Assembly (NCBI GenBank): GCA_010909165.1
Contig: MU008153.1
Span: 248,001 to 312,000, forward strand
DNA from: Anthoceros angustus
Lineage: Eukaryota > Plantae > Anthocerotophyta
DNA length: 64,000 bases
Reading direction: 5' to 3'
Shown here: positions 33,380-45,415 of the stretch, piece by piece
Layout of the letters: every line of letters begins with the position of its first letter
Position numbering within the stretch: the first letter of the stretch is position 1
Position numbers and translations under genes: made by a program
Notes under the pieces: model-generated
Database searches by the model: none
What the model was told of the DNA's origin: nothing
The model's input: only the letters and a program-made list of their open reading frames with translations

Positions 33380-35815
33380 TCGCGTCTGGCCGCAACAACT
33401 AGAGGGACTGGCCGCCCTAGAGGCGACCAAGACACGAGTGGCTGAACAGGGCGCCATTGCTGCACAGTGCAGAGGAAGCTGGCGACTCTGAGAGCCGCTA
33501 TGGGAGCACCCTCACGCCGTGCTACCCTACCAGAACCTGTGAGTCAGTTCTCTCGTGCATCATATGACGCCCGCAGGTGCGAACGAGGTGAGTTTCACTA
33601 CGCTTCCGGGGAATCACATCCTCCAGCACCGCCCAAGTTTCCTGAGCCCAAAGGTATCCTGTCAGAAACAAGGATTGTGACCCTTGGCTCGGCCCGGTGG
33701 CCTGATAGCCCTATCTGGTATAGATGTACAGATCGTGGCTGAAAATGGTTCGTGTCCGAGTAGAAGCGCGGTTTTGTCGACCATGTTGTCGGCTACTACA
33801 ATAAGTTGCTTTCCTTGTTTGTGTCTTTTCTTGTTGCCTCTTTTCATGTGAGCACAACTGTTTCAGGTTGCCCCCTTTGCTACCATGACAACGTATCCGA
33901 GGCCCGACTGCGTGTCGACATCACCGCATAGTCGAGTCGGTATACATCCACTCAAGAGCGGGTCGAGGAGGAAGAGAGCCTAGAGACCAAGGACAGAGTG
34001 TCCTATCAGGGGAGAAAGGCCAGGAATTCCCCACGTTCTGGAGAAACGTTCTCATCCAAGACTGACAGTCCTGCTTCATGGGAGAAGATTTCAGACTCAT
34101 CTCCTTCTGTCAGCATGGGTTCTCTTAGGTCTCCGATCCATTTTAGTAGCAGTGATCCAGATGACGCAATATGGGTGCACCTAGCATAGCTAGGGTTTGT
34201 TAGATGTGGCCTCTGGGTGGCCTTCATGGCTGCCCATGCCAAGACTTTTCATGTGTCATTGTGAACATCCTGCGAGGGCCTTAGTGAGCAGATCTGCTGG
34301 TTTTCTTGGTTGGTACATATTCCGGCATAATCATCACGACTTGATAAGGTCCACGATGAAGTGATACTCCACCTCCACGTGTTTTGTGCGAGAGTGGAAT
34401 CTTGGATTTTGTGCCAAGTTCATTGATCCACGATTGTCGGTCTTAATTGTGAGTACAGGTTGGAAGTGGCGGCCTAGTTCCTTAAACATCAGCTTGCACC
34501 AAGCTATCTCCTTGGCTGCTGCTGTGAGAACACGGTATTCGGCCTCGGTGCTAGATGTAGCAACGGAGGCTGCTCTTCGGACCAGATTGGTCCGCTGCTA
34601 CCATGACAACGTATCCGAGGCCCGACTGCGTGTGTCGACATCACCGCATAGTCGAGTCGGTATACATCCGACTCTAGTGGCACACGAGAATGTATCGAAC
34701 TTAATTCCAATGTTAGATGTTCCTTTCAAATACCTGACGACTCTCTTAACTCCTGTCCAATGTGTTTGTCCAGGGTTGTCAAGATATTGTGAGAGTACAC
34801 TTGTGGTGTAGGCCACATCAGGTCGTGTTGTGTTGGCTGCATAGATTAGTTTGCCAATGCCCTTCCTGTAAGGGACTGACCTCATCTCGTCCTTCTCTTT
34901 CTGTGTTTCAGGGCTCATGGACTTGCTAAACTTCAGTCCACAAGGTAAAGGGGTAGCTGCTGGTTTTGCATCCTTCAAGCCAAGCTGTTCTGCACATTCA
35001 AGTAAATAGCGAGGTTGAATAAGAGAGATGGATCTGTTCTTCCTATCTCTTTGAATTAGGACTCCCAGGCAGCTTTGTAGAGCACCGAGGTTCGTCATTT
35101 CAAACTTGGTAGCTAACAGCTTGTTAGTTCTGGTGATGAATGTGGGGCTATTGCAGGAAAGGATCAGGTCATCCACGTAAACTGCCAAGTAGCAGACCAC
35201 ATCACTGGATCTGTAAACATACAAGCTGCTGTCTGAAACACATTTTATGAAACCCAATGCTCGCAGCTCTTCGTCCAGGACAGCATTCCACTCAAGAGCT
35301 GATTGTTTCAGCCCGTACAGAGTCTTTATAAGGCGTAAGACATGGTCTTCCTTGCCCTTCACTTCGTATCCTGTTGGCTGCTGCATATAGATTTCCGTGT
35401 CAAGCTTGCCATGTAAAAGCATCTTAACGTCAAACATGTCTAACTCGTAGTCGATGTCTTTGCCGGGCCGCAGTTGTGCGGAAAGTGGCGGCTTCATAAC
35501 AGGAGCATATGTCTCGAAGTAATCAAGACCAGGCACTTGTGAAAAGCCACGAGCTACAAGTCGTGCTTTGTATTTGTCGAAGGTGCCGTCTGCCTTCACC
35601 TTTAGTTTAAACACCCACTTGCAGGATACCACCTTTCGTCCAGGAGGTAACTTAGCAAGTTCCCATGTTCCATTTTTGATCAAAGAGTCATACTCAGATT
35701 GGATAGCCTTCTTCCACTCAGCAACATCAGGACGGCTAAGAGCTTCTTCGTAGGACTGAGGTTCAATGGCCAGTCCCGAGAAGTTCTTTGCATGTTGGTT
35801 CTGAAAGTCTGATTT

Positions 35816-36432
35816 GGTAATAATCGGTGCCGTCTTTCTCTTGCGGGATAACGGCGCTCGGGTTGTGGAGGACAGTTGCAAGGGCTGTTCATGTTCACCC
35901 TCTTCATCCATCGGGAGGATCGGACGTGCATCCTCGTCGAATCTGGATGGGGATCGGTGAAAGGTCGGTGGAGGATCCGTGCAGATCTGGAGGAGGTTGG
36001 TCTTGCAAGTCAACAAAATTTTCAGCATCGGTGCCAAGTCCCTCCTGCTCATCATTTCTTTGTTCTTCCCCCTGCAGCAACCGCCTCAGTCGAGATCGGG
36101 AAAAGTCATGTATCGGTAATAATCGGTGCCGTCTTTCTCTTGCGGGATAACGGCGCTCGGGTTGTGGAGGCCGGACAGTTGCAAGGCTGTTCATGTTCAC
36201 CCTCTTCATCCATCGGGAGGATCGGCGCAGCATCCTCGTCGAATCTGGATGGGGATCGGTGAAAGGTCGGTGGAGGATCCGCACAATGACCTGGAGGAGG
36301 TTGGTCTTGCAAGTCAACAAAATTTTCAGCATCTGGTGCCAAGTCCTGCTCCTGCTCGTCTATGTTCTCATCATTTTGCTGTTCTTCCCCCCTTGCAGGA
36401 GCAACCGCCTCAGGTGCGAGATCAGGAAAAAC
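35816..36432. repeat. About 300-bp tandem duplication in the integrase-RT linker
   Basis: ggtaataatcggtgccgtctttc starts at 35816 and 36115; the peptide PPPTFHRSPSRFDEDA...RKRKTAPII appears twice. Confidence 0.9.
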
Positions 36433-38920
36433 AGTGATGTCAGGCAGGGCAGAGAGATCAACATCCTTCTCAGTGGGAATAGCTCCCACTAGCTGCCAAG
36501 TCCGACCTTCATCAAAGGTCACACTGCGTGCATAGACCACCTTGTTCTGAGGTACGTCGTAGAGCTTGTAAGCCTTGATACCTTCAGTATATCCTATCAT
36601 TAGGAACTTCTTGGCTTTAGCAGCTAACTTGGGTCTCTTGGCCTTAGGAATGAAGGCGTATGCCACACACCAAGGTCCGAAGATGTAGGATTGCTGGCTT
36701 CACGCCATAAAAGGCTTCATAGGGGTCATCCTAGCACAGCTTGTAGGCAATCATTGCGTAGATACGGTATCATAAGGGCTTGACCCGATGGGAAAGAGGC
36801 GGGGAGGCTTGATGAAGCATAGATGATACCATCTCCTGGCGTCAGTTCAAGCGCTCGGCAACACCATTTTCTTTGCGTATAAACAAGTAAGTTGTCTGCC
36901 AATGCCCTCGTCCTTGCAAAAAGCCTGGAATTCGTTTGATGTGAATTCTCCGCCATTGTCTGAACGTAGGGTCTTCAGCTGTTTGCCTGTCCATCTCTCT
37001 GCAAGCTTCATATACTCTTTAAGCAGAGAGAAACATTCACTTTTAGCTTTCAAGATGTAAGCAATGACAAATCTCGTCTTGTAATGCAGAATGTAAGGAA
37101 ATATCGCCTCCTCGATGGAGGCGTGAAAGTGGCCCACATATGTCAGTGTGCACGAGTTCAAGAACTTCAGAAGCTCTGTGAGGAGCCTTGTTCTTGAAGG
37201 CTGCCTGATGGCGTTTTGACAGCACACAAGCTTCACATAGAGGTAAGGGTGGCAAGTTGCCAATCTTCCCGTCACCATACAGGTCACTTACAGCTAGTTT
37301 TTGCAACTTGGCGCTGTGAGGATGACCTAATCTAGCATGCCATAACATGGCCTTTGCTTCCTGCTTTTCAGTTATATCTGAAGACTTGGAAGCCAAATGG
37401 GCTGTGGCAGTGCTAATGTGAGTGTGCAACCGAAACAGGTCAGTGTCTAACGACCCATAGGCTAGGATCTTACGATGATCAAAAGCATCTAAGACCCTAC
37501 ATTCAGTTGGAGTGAACAGTGTATGAGTACTATTGTCAAAATTCATTTTCCTAACAGAAATTAGGTTCCTGGTCATTTCAGGCACGTGGAACACATCTAT
37601 GAGTAGAAGTGTAATGCACGAGGGAGCTTGGCATCACCTGGACACACAAGCCTGTTATCGTCACCTAGGTAAACAAATCTGTCTTGTACTAACCTGTATG
37701 TGACGAATGCGTTTCTGTCGAAACAGATGTGCGCTGTTGCACCTATATCAAGGAACCACTCTAGTATGGCTTTGCCTTGAGTATTCATTGACAGACATGT
37801 GGGATTAGTAAAAGGATGAGTAAACTCCCTGGTCCCTACTATTAGGGCTGCAGATGAGCCTTGTTTTGTCACCACAACGTGTGTCTGAGAAGTGGAGTTG
37901 CCCTCCTTGCGAGGTACTCGGGCTTCTTTCGACTCACATTTGGCACGTGGCACTTTCCAGCCTTCTTGATTTCTTCGTGTAGAAGCTCCTTGCAGCACCG
38001 AGGTATTCTTTACCTCACGAGTTGGGTTTCTTACTTTTCCTTTGTTGTTAGTGTACAAAGCTTGCTTTACAGTCGTTTGAATTGTCCTCTTTGACTTCCT
38101 CTTGAAGGAGAGATCCCACAAGTTACGCAAAGTCGGTTTGGGGAGAGTGACACTGCGGCTTTAGCTATCTTTTGCCCTTGCAGCTGCGAAGTGTTGTAGG
38201 AGGTCACAGTGTAACCATGATTACAGGAGGCTCATCATGAAGTGCGGGATAAGTCTTTGGATCCTTTACACTTTCCTGTGCAGCACTTTCGAACTTCGAG
38301 ATAAGGGTTCTGAAAACTGACAGATGTTTTTCAATAGAATCTCCTTCTTTCATTCTCAAGTTTTGTATATTTCGAAGTGCTGCCATCTGAGTTGTGTCAT
38401 CTGTTCCAGCGTACAGGTCCTGAAGCCGCGTCCATATCTCAGCTGAGGTTATGCAACCAGAGGTCTGTCTCAACATATCAGTCGTCAGACCACTCCGGAT
38501 AAGGTATTGTGCAGCTTCATCCTTTATTGTCCAGGTATCTATAACCTTACGCTCGATGATTGGAGTACTGTGGAACTTCTCTTTCCCGCTGGCCCATGCC
38601 CATAACTGTTTATTTTGTAATGCTCCACGCATTCTAATGACCCAAATGTCATAGTCTGCCCCCCCAAATCTATCCTTCTCCCTAAATCCCTCTCCCGCTA
38701 GATTAGCGTGTCACCCATGTCTAAGGCTGTTAGCCCTCCTCACGGTGAGGATATTATGGATAAGCGCTAATGCACTGTCTAACACCTTGCTGCAGTTAAC
38801 GGTGGAGGATTTAGGGTTTATCGAATGCAACTAATGCATCGGCAGAGGCTGCATGACCCACCTTTCACACGAGGTAGGATAGGCTCAGTGCTGGGACCTT
38901 AGTAGGATGACCGTCGCCTA

Positions 38921-39405
38921 TCAACTTCTTGATTCTCGGGTTCCTAATCTCCCGGTATTGAATGAGTAGGTCAAACAAGATGGACATGAATTTGGATATT
39001 CAAATGTGTGGTGCTTGTTAGATTTAGCTGCATGCTTACATGCTGTGCCCCTAATCACAGGGTTAGCAAGGAGAGCAGGTCTCAACAAAGTAAGCAGCTT
39101 GAAATCTAGATGCCCAATCTTATCCAGCAGCGAACGTAAGTCCTCAGAAACACCAGCAATTTTGTGACTGATGTTTTCAAAGCGTCTATCTACATAACGC
39201 GCATGAGCTTCTAGCCTGGAACTTATCTGTGAAATGCTGGTATGTGGTGTGATGTTTGTGGTTAGGAAACCCCTAGGATTACCATTACCATCAAAAGCTC
39301 TTTGCACGCACGGGAAGTTATGTGGATTCCTTGGTGGAGGGACAAAGACCGGATGTTGCTGATCCGGGAAGAGAGTTTCAATCAGTTGAGCGACTCCCTT
39401 ACTTC
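38921..39405 (-). CDS. Extra sense ORF upstream of gag (coiled-coil-like segment plus Cys/His tail)
   Basis: About 160 stop-free codons: ...ISQISSRLEAHARYVDRRFENISHKIAGVSEDLRSLLDKIGHLD...CKHAAKSNKHHTFEYPNSCPSC. No in-frame ATG seen, so a frameshift upstream is possible. Confidence 0.4.
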
Positions 39406-39921
39406 AAGCGCCGGGCGGTTGATTGTGGGTGCGGGCAGCCCATTACATCACAAATTGATGTAGGCGCTGCGTTCTTCTCCTAAGCAGCTCCTTGTGCGCC
39501 CAATCCCTATGTTGATTTCGAGGTGCTCGAAGGGATTCGCCATTCCTGCTTGCCCATCCTCAAAATTGGCCATTCATTTGGCGGATCTTTTGTGTTTATA
39601 AAATTTCCAAGAAACATATTGTGTTATTCTATATGATTTTATATGAAAATCGCCACTGGTCGTTCTAGCGTGCACGGTGTCGATTGCTGCGACAATCGGC
39701 AGCGGATCGTTAGATCGACTCCTAGAAATGCAGAAATTTCTATATGAAAATCAAGAAAACAAATTGAAAATATTTTCTTGAAACATTTTCTTGATTTCTT
39801 ATTAGAAACTTATTTTCTAATAAAGAAAACAACACAAAAGCATGTTTATGCACATCTTCATGTGCACAATTTAATGTGCATTCGTATGAATGCAATCTAC
39901 ACCTAGTTCGGCTCGATACCA

Positions 39922-40168
39922 TACGAAATATGGAATTGGTGCAGATCAATTATGTATTGAGTAAAAACATTGTATATTAAACATACATTTGAAAGAAAAT
40001 CAACTAGACTTAATCTAGAAAATGAAAAGGCATGACCTTTAGTCTAAAAGACGTAACCCTAGCGAAAGGGTAAGCAGCTAGACATTAAAAAGTATACGCG
40101 TACACACTATCTATAGATATGGACATAACGAAACCCTAAATAATGACTCAACACTTCGTCTTCCTTTA
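39922..40168 (-). repeat. 5' LTR of copia element 2
   Basis: Near-identical to 32768-33009 and directly adjacent to the PBS. Confidence 0.93.
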
Positions 40169-41002
40169 CTGTCTCACAAGCATTGTTTATGATTTCCCAC
40201 ATGCAATTGCAACATGATTGTAACAAGGAGCCCTCTCTCTCTCCCCTATTATCCTCCCCTCTGTATTACACCCTCTTTGGAGAACTACTAGTTGATGTTT
40301 CATCGTGCCCTCTTCATTACACCCTCTCTTGACAACTATTTGTTTATGTTGCCCACACTAGAACATCCATGTGACATGGACCAGCAACTCTCACATTTTC
40401 CTCCTACCTCATAACTTTACCATTGCTTTATCAATGTTTTTGCTTGACCATAAATATTCATGAGTTGAAGGCTAATTTCTTTCAGTCTTCACTCTGCAAA
40501 GTATCATTAAATACACTTAAATTAGTATCTAATAGGCCTCTCTGGAGCTAGCCTCATAGACTTAAATTAATTAATCACTTAAATTAATTAATCGGACATT
40601 GCAAATCAATGACCTCTTGAGTCTTGACACGGACCACCTATTGGGATACGGTACTCAAGGACAAGTTCAGCAACGGAAACAAGAGGGGGTAGGCTTGGAA
40701 GCTTGCTCGTTGGCCAGTAGCACATACAAACTTATAGCACAACGAAAGGTGGTTAGATAGCCGGAGGGCAATGCCCTGCTATTCCATAGCCTTTGATTTA
40801 CAGAAAATGAGCCGGCTCTTATGGTTCCTAGCTAGCGCAATTCCCCAACACACATTGAATTGTTGGCAGCTGCACAACGCTTAATGCTCCACCTCACACC
40901 AAAGAAAACATATTCTATGCTAGCCTGTACATACATGGACCCTTCTTACTCACAATGTGGGGCCTTGTCATAACTTCCTTCATTTGGAAATACGTAACAA
41001 TC

Positions 41003-41092
41003 CCTATATATATAGTTAACTCATAATCTTCGAGATTATGTAACCCAAGGGCTATCTATATACATATAGTTAACTCATAATCTTCGAGATTT
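41003..41092 (+). promoter_or_regulatory. Duplicated TATA-like block upstream of the laccase
   Basis: atatagttaactcataatcttcgagatt occurs twice, about 175-260 bp upstream of the ATG, each copy next to a TATATA run. Confidence 0.4.
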
Positions 41093-41265
41093 TGTCAAGC
41101 CCAATGGCTATATATGTATACAGTGTTTTGCGCAACAACAGTGGTATTTGTCAACTATACCATGAGTGGTACTATGATACACCAAGGATTATATTGAGTC
41201 TACTTGTCCATTATATTTGCCCGCTCACCAAGTTCCAAGCCACCACCGCCAAATTAGGATCATAC

Positions 41266-44150
41266 ATGGCGAGAGAAATGGCATTGCAATTCATGCTTAA
41301 GCTTGCAATTGCTGGTGTTGTTGTGGTCGTGTGCCTCGGTTTACAAGCGTCGGCTAACATCACATATAAGGACGAAGGCCCGTACCAGGTGGACAAGGGG
41401 CGCAAAGGAGCGGAACCCATCACCCACTACTTTGATTTTAAAGTTAGTAAGCACTCCATGTGGATCATTTGGGAACTCTTCTTTTTTAGCAGAATTTAAG
41501 ATTTTTATATAGATATATTGAAATTTATCATTTCGGAACTCTGCGATTATGGATGTATATTATGGTCTTGAAATGCATATTTCAATCTCGACCTTACCAG
41601 CTCACCTCACAAATTCATCCCAAGAGTTTGTACGTCTGGAGAAAGATAATGCATGTAGGAATGAATGTCAATGAACTCAAGTGGTGCATGCCTACCAACA
41701 GGTGCAGTACGCGAATGTGACCCGGCTGTGTCATACCAAGCCGCTTGTCACCATCAACGGCCAATTCCCTGGCCCTCCCATCTACATTCGGGAGGACGAC
41801 AGAGTTGTCATCAAAGTGACCAACGAGGTTTCGTATAACGTCACGCTGCACTGGTACCGAGCCTTCATGACCACTTGTCGTAATGCCACAACTTTGGAAT
41901 TCAATTCAAGCTTGAGAAATTGTTTGAGCCTGGCTGATCTTGGAAGCTGAGGCTGATCTTGCGCAAATTCATACATATCACTGCAGGCATGGAATAAGGC
42001 AGGTGCTGCAGAACTGGCAAGATGGTCCTGCGTACATTACGCAGTGCCCGATCCAGACAGGTGGTTCCTTCACTTACAACTTCGTCGTAGACCACAAACA
42101 ACGGGGAACCGTGTGGTGAGTTCCATTACCTTGATATTATCTTCGACAAATTTTGTCGACTCTCACAGGAATGCTTAGATCGACGTGTGAGTGTGAACCC
42201 TAAACCCTAGTAGGTACTAGATGGATCATCTGCATTCCTAGTTTGCAAGGCCTTACGAAGTTCTATTGCTTCTTTCCTGGAACACCTTACATCGGCAGCC
42301 GTCCTACTTTAGATTTGGAAGTTCTTGTTGAAGAGTCATCTGGATTTGTGTGTCGACCTTGAGATGTTGAGCAGCAAATGATGTCGAATTCGTCTACAGG
42401 TACCACGCTCACATCACATGGCTGCGAGCTAGCCTGTACGGAGCATTCATCATCCTTCCAAAGAAATGGGTTCCCTACCCATTTCCCAAACCTGACGGCG
42501 AGCAAGTTATCCTGTTCGGTATGCTCATGGCTTCCGCCCATCACCAATTGCAGGATGCAAATTCTGTCCCCTCGAGCTCAAGGCTCACGCTGATCATGAA
42601 TGGTCTTTCCCCTGGCAGGAGAATGGTGGAACACCAACTATGAAGACGTGGCAGCTGCAGCCATCAGAAGAGGAGCTGGTTACAACATCTCAGACGCCCT
42701 CTTATTGAACGGCCAGCCCGGGGATCTCTACAGCTGCTCATCCTCTGGTACGTACCAAATACTCTTGGAATGGATTTATCTTTCTTGGAATTAGCCCACA
42801 ACTGTGGCGGCATATCGTGGATCATGGCAGAAACGACGGTTGTGCAAGTGGAGTATGGAAAGACATACCTGCTACGATTGATCAACTCCGCTCTCAACTT
42901 CGAGCAATACTTCGGCATCTACAACCACAACCTGACGGTGGTGGAAGCCGACGGGAAGTACACCAAGCAGCTGCAATCATCCATGGTTCTGCTGACACCA
43001 GGCCAGTCCATGAACGTGCTGGTGAAAGCCAATCAGGCAGGAGGAGGAAGGTTCTACATTGCGACCAGCGTGTGGTCTCCGGCTCCTGCGGGAATCGTCC
43101 GCTTTCCCACTATATCGGCCACAGGCATCCTGGAGTACGTGAAGCCCAAGACCAGTCCGAGCAAGGGGTTGGCGAATTCCCAGCTTCCCGTCTTCCCTGC
43201 GCACAACGACAGCGCCTGGGCCTTGAATTTTGACGACAAGATCAGAGCCCTGGCCAGCGAAGAGTACCCGATCACCGTGCCCAAGAACATCAGCCCCGGG
43301 AAAGACCTATTGTTTACGGTGGGATACAACCTGCAACCCTGCAATGTCACGGACGGATGTGGATTCCACAATGGCACTGCCAAGCTGGTCACCAGCATTA
43401 ACAACATCACATTCGTGGAGCCTGAGAGGTCTATTCTTGAGGTACAATTAAGCTTCTTCCACCTTCAGATTCGGTGACTCTTGCAAGGAATCGTTACGAT
43501 GAATTCATGCATGTGGTTTTGCTGCTATGAATTACAACAGGCCTACTTTAACCAGATGGACAACGTCTACACACCGGACTTCCCTGATGACCCGCCCTTC
43601 TTCTACGACTTCACAGGAACTGTTGTGCCCACCAACCTGCAGGGGCTGAGGGGGACCAGGCTGAACGTTATACCATTTGGGTCTGAGGTACAGCTGGTAT
43701 TTCAAAACACAAATTTGATTTTCTTTGAGAGCCATCCTTTCCATTTGCATGGTTTCAACTTCTACATCGTGGGCTCTGGATTTGGTACCTTCAACGCCAT
43801 CGAGGACCCCAAAAATTTCAACCTCCATGACCCGCCTCTCCGCAACACGGCTGCCATCCCTGCTGGTGGATGGACTGCCGTTCGATGGAGAGCAGACAAC
43901 CCCGGTACAGATTTACTTAACACTCTCATCAATTTGAGCCTGCACTTGCCTTCACGTTATTCATGTTAGATGTGCATAATTTCCTCCGATTAACCACATT
44001 GTTTGTGCAAGTACTGTAGGTGTCTGGTTCATGCACTGCCATCTGGAGATCCATACCTCTTGGGGCATGGCTATGGCCTTCATCGTTCAAAATGGACATG
44101 GGCCTCTTCAAACTCTGCCTCCTCCCCCGCCTGGAATGCCCAAGTGTTGA
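41266..44150 (+). CDS. LAC: Laccase (three-domain multicopper oxidase), secreted; exons 41266-41442, 41702-41853, 41987-42115, 42400-42518, 42619-42747, 42831-43441, 43541-43904, 44020-44150
   Basis: Signal peptide, [21 protein letters not shown], and the four copper motifs HWHG, WYHAH, HPFHLHG and [12 protein letters not shown] (axial Met). C-terminus [11 protein letters not shown]. Confidence 0.96.
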
Positions 44151-44759
44151 TCCCAGTTTGATATTTATCCGTGGTTATCGATCCCAAGTGGTAATTGCCG
44201 AGCTGAGAGAGGCGTATTGAGCGTATCAATCAAGACGCTGATGACTTCACGTTAATATTGTTCCCCACCTTCGAGGCAATTTATAATTGTAGTTCAGTGT
44301 AGTTTTTAATGTATTTCCTAGAAATTTCTATTAAGTTTTTTTGGGCTGAATTTTTATTTATTGAAAATTTAATTTCGTATTTCCACCAAAAACTACTATT
44401 GCCAAAGCTTCGTATTTCATTCTTCCCGAGCTTTGTATCTCTTAATTCTTTATTGTTGCCGAGGTCAACTGTCCACATCTGTGTAACTTAAAATAATAAG
44501 AGTATTTATCTTGTTCACGTTGTTAAAGTTAGAATTCAAGGTAGAATTCAAGGATGCTCTGGTGACATTGGAGATGACCAAGGGCATAATGCACAGCTGC
44601 TCTTTGGGCATCTAAAAGGAAGACTTTGTATGAGATACCATATTGCAAGAGGTACCTGCAAGATAATAGGAAGTGGTATGGTACCCACAGGTGCTCCTTC
44701 ACGACTAGAGTCAAAACCCACTCACGACATCCATCCTGCCAGCTAGCATTCAATCCGAA

Positions 44760-44895
44760 AGCAAGGGTAGCTGCAGCTTGTAAATGAAGAACATTGTGGA
44801 TATTTCCAACTGTGGTACACTGCAAACTTTATTACTAGTGCCAACATGAACCTGAGGTTGACAAAAGTTTAGAATACCTTGCAATTTTCTATGGC
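44760..44895 (+). repeat. Dispersed repeat shared with about 32465-32582
   Basis: gaacattgtggatatttccaactgt.gtacactgcaaactttattactagtgc...atgaacctgaggttgacaaaagttta.aatacctt is present at both loci. Confidence 0.85.
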
Positions 44896-45049
44896 TAGCA
44901 ATTTTGAAGGAACACCAAATGTAGCCATATCCTCTGAACAATATGTGCAACATGTGTTCTTGTAGTCTTTTGTCCTTGTACTATTCTATTTGAACAAGAT
45001 GTGCTCTAATCTCTTTTGTGCTACAGGGTACCCAACTACTTATACGAAC

Positions 45050-45415
45050 TTTATATTTGCAAGTGAAGTAGATAACTACCTCAGACATAAAATATACAAA
45101 AACTATGTAAAGTAGATAACTATCCGCTGTTGACATCTTGGACATAAGATATAGATTGGCCAGTGAAGTCTATAACAATCAATTGCTTATATCTTGGACA
45201 TAAAATATAAGTAGATAGCCTCTTTTATGCTGTTGAAGATGTAAGCACATGGGATGTAGATTGGTAAGTGAAGTAGATAGCCTGTTTTACGCTGCCGAAG
45301 ATGTAAGCACTTGAGATATATATAGATTTGCAAGTGAAGTAGATAGCCTCTTTTACGTTGCCAAAGATGTAAGCACATGAGATATATATAGATTGGCAAG
45401 TGAAGTAGATAACCT
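45050..45415. repeat. Degenerate tandem repeat, unit about 65 bp
   Basis: Recurrent tagattggcaagtgaagtagatagcct...aagatgtaagcac. Confidence 0.8.

Larger units (their letters stand above)
32768..40168 (-). mobile_element. Full-length Ty1/copia LTR retrotransposon (7.4 kb) with TA...TA LTR ends and a CTGTC target-site duplication
   Basis: LTRs at 32768-33009 and 39922-40168; CTGTC at 32763-32767 and 40169-40173; PBS TGGTATCGAGCC (39910-39921); PPT AAGTGGGAG (33010-33018). Domains: gag 38204-38720, protease WFLDIGATAH, GAG-pre-integrase LWHARLGH, integrase LKTLRSDNGGEF, RT YVDDLIL, RNase H about 34230-34600. Several frameshifts. Confidence 0.95.

Noticed and set aside
42196-42210. Telomere-like aaccctaaacccta in a laccase intron
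   Set aside because: Only two units; too short to call an interstitial telomere, and such telo-boxes are common.
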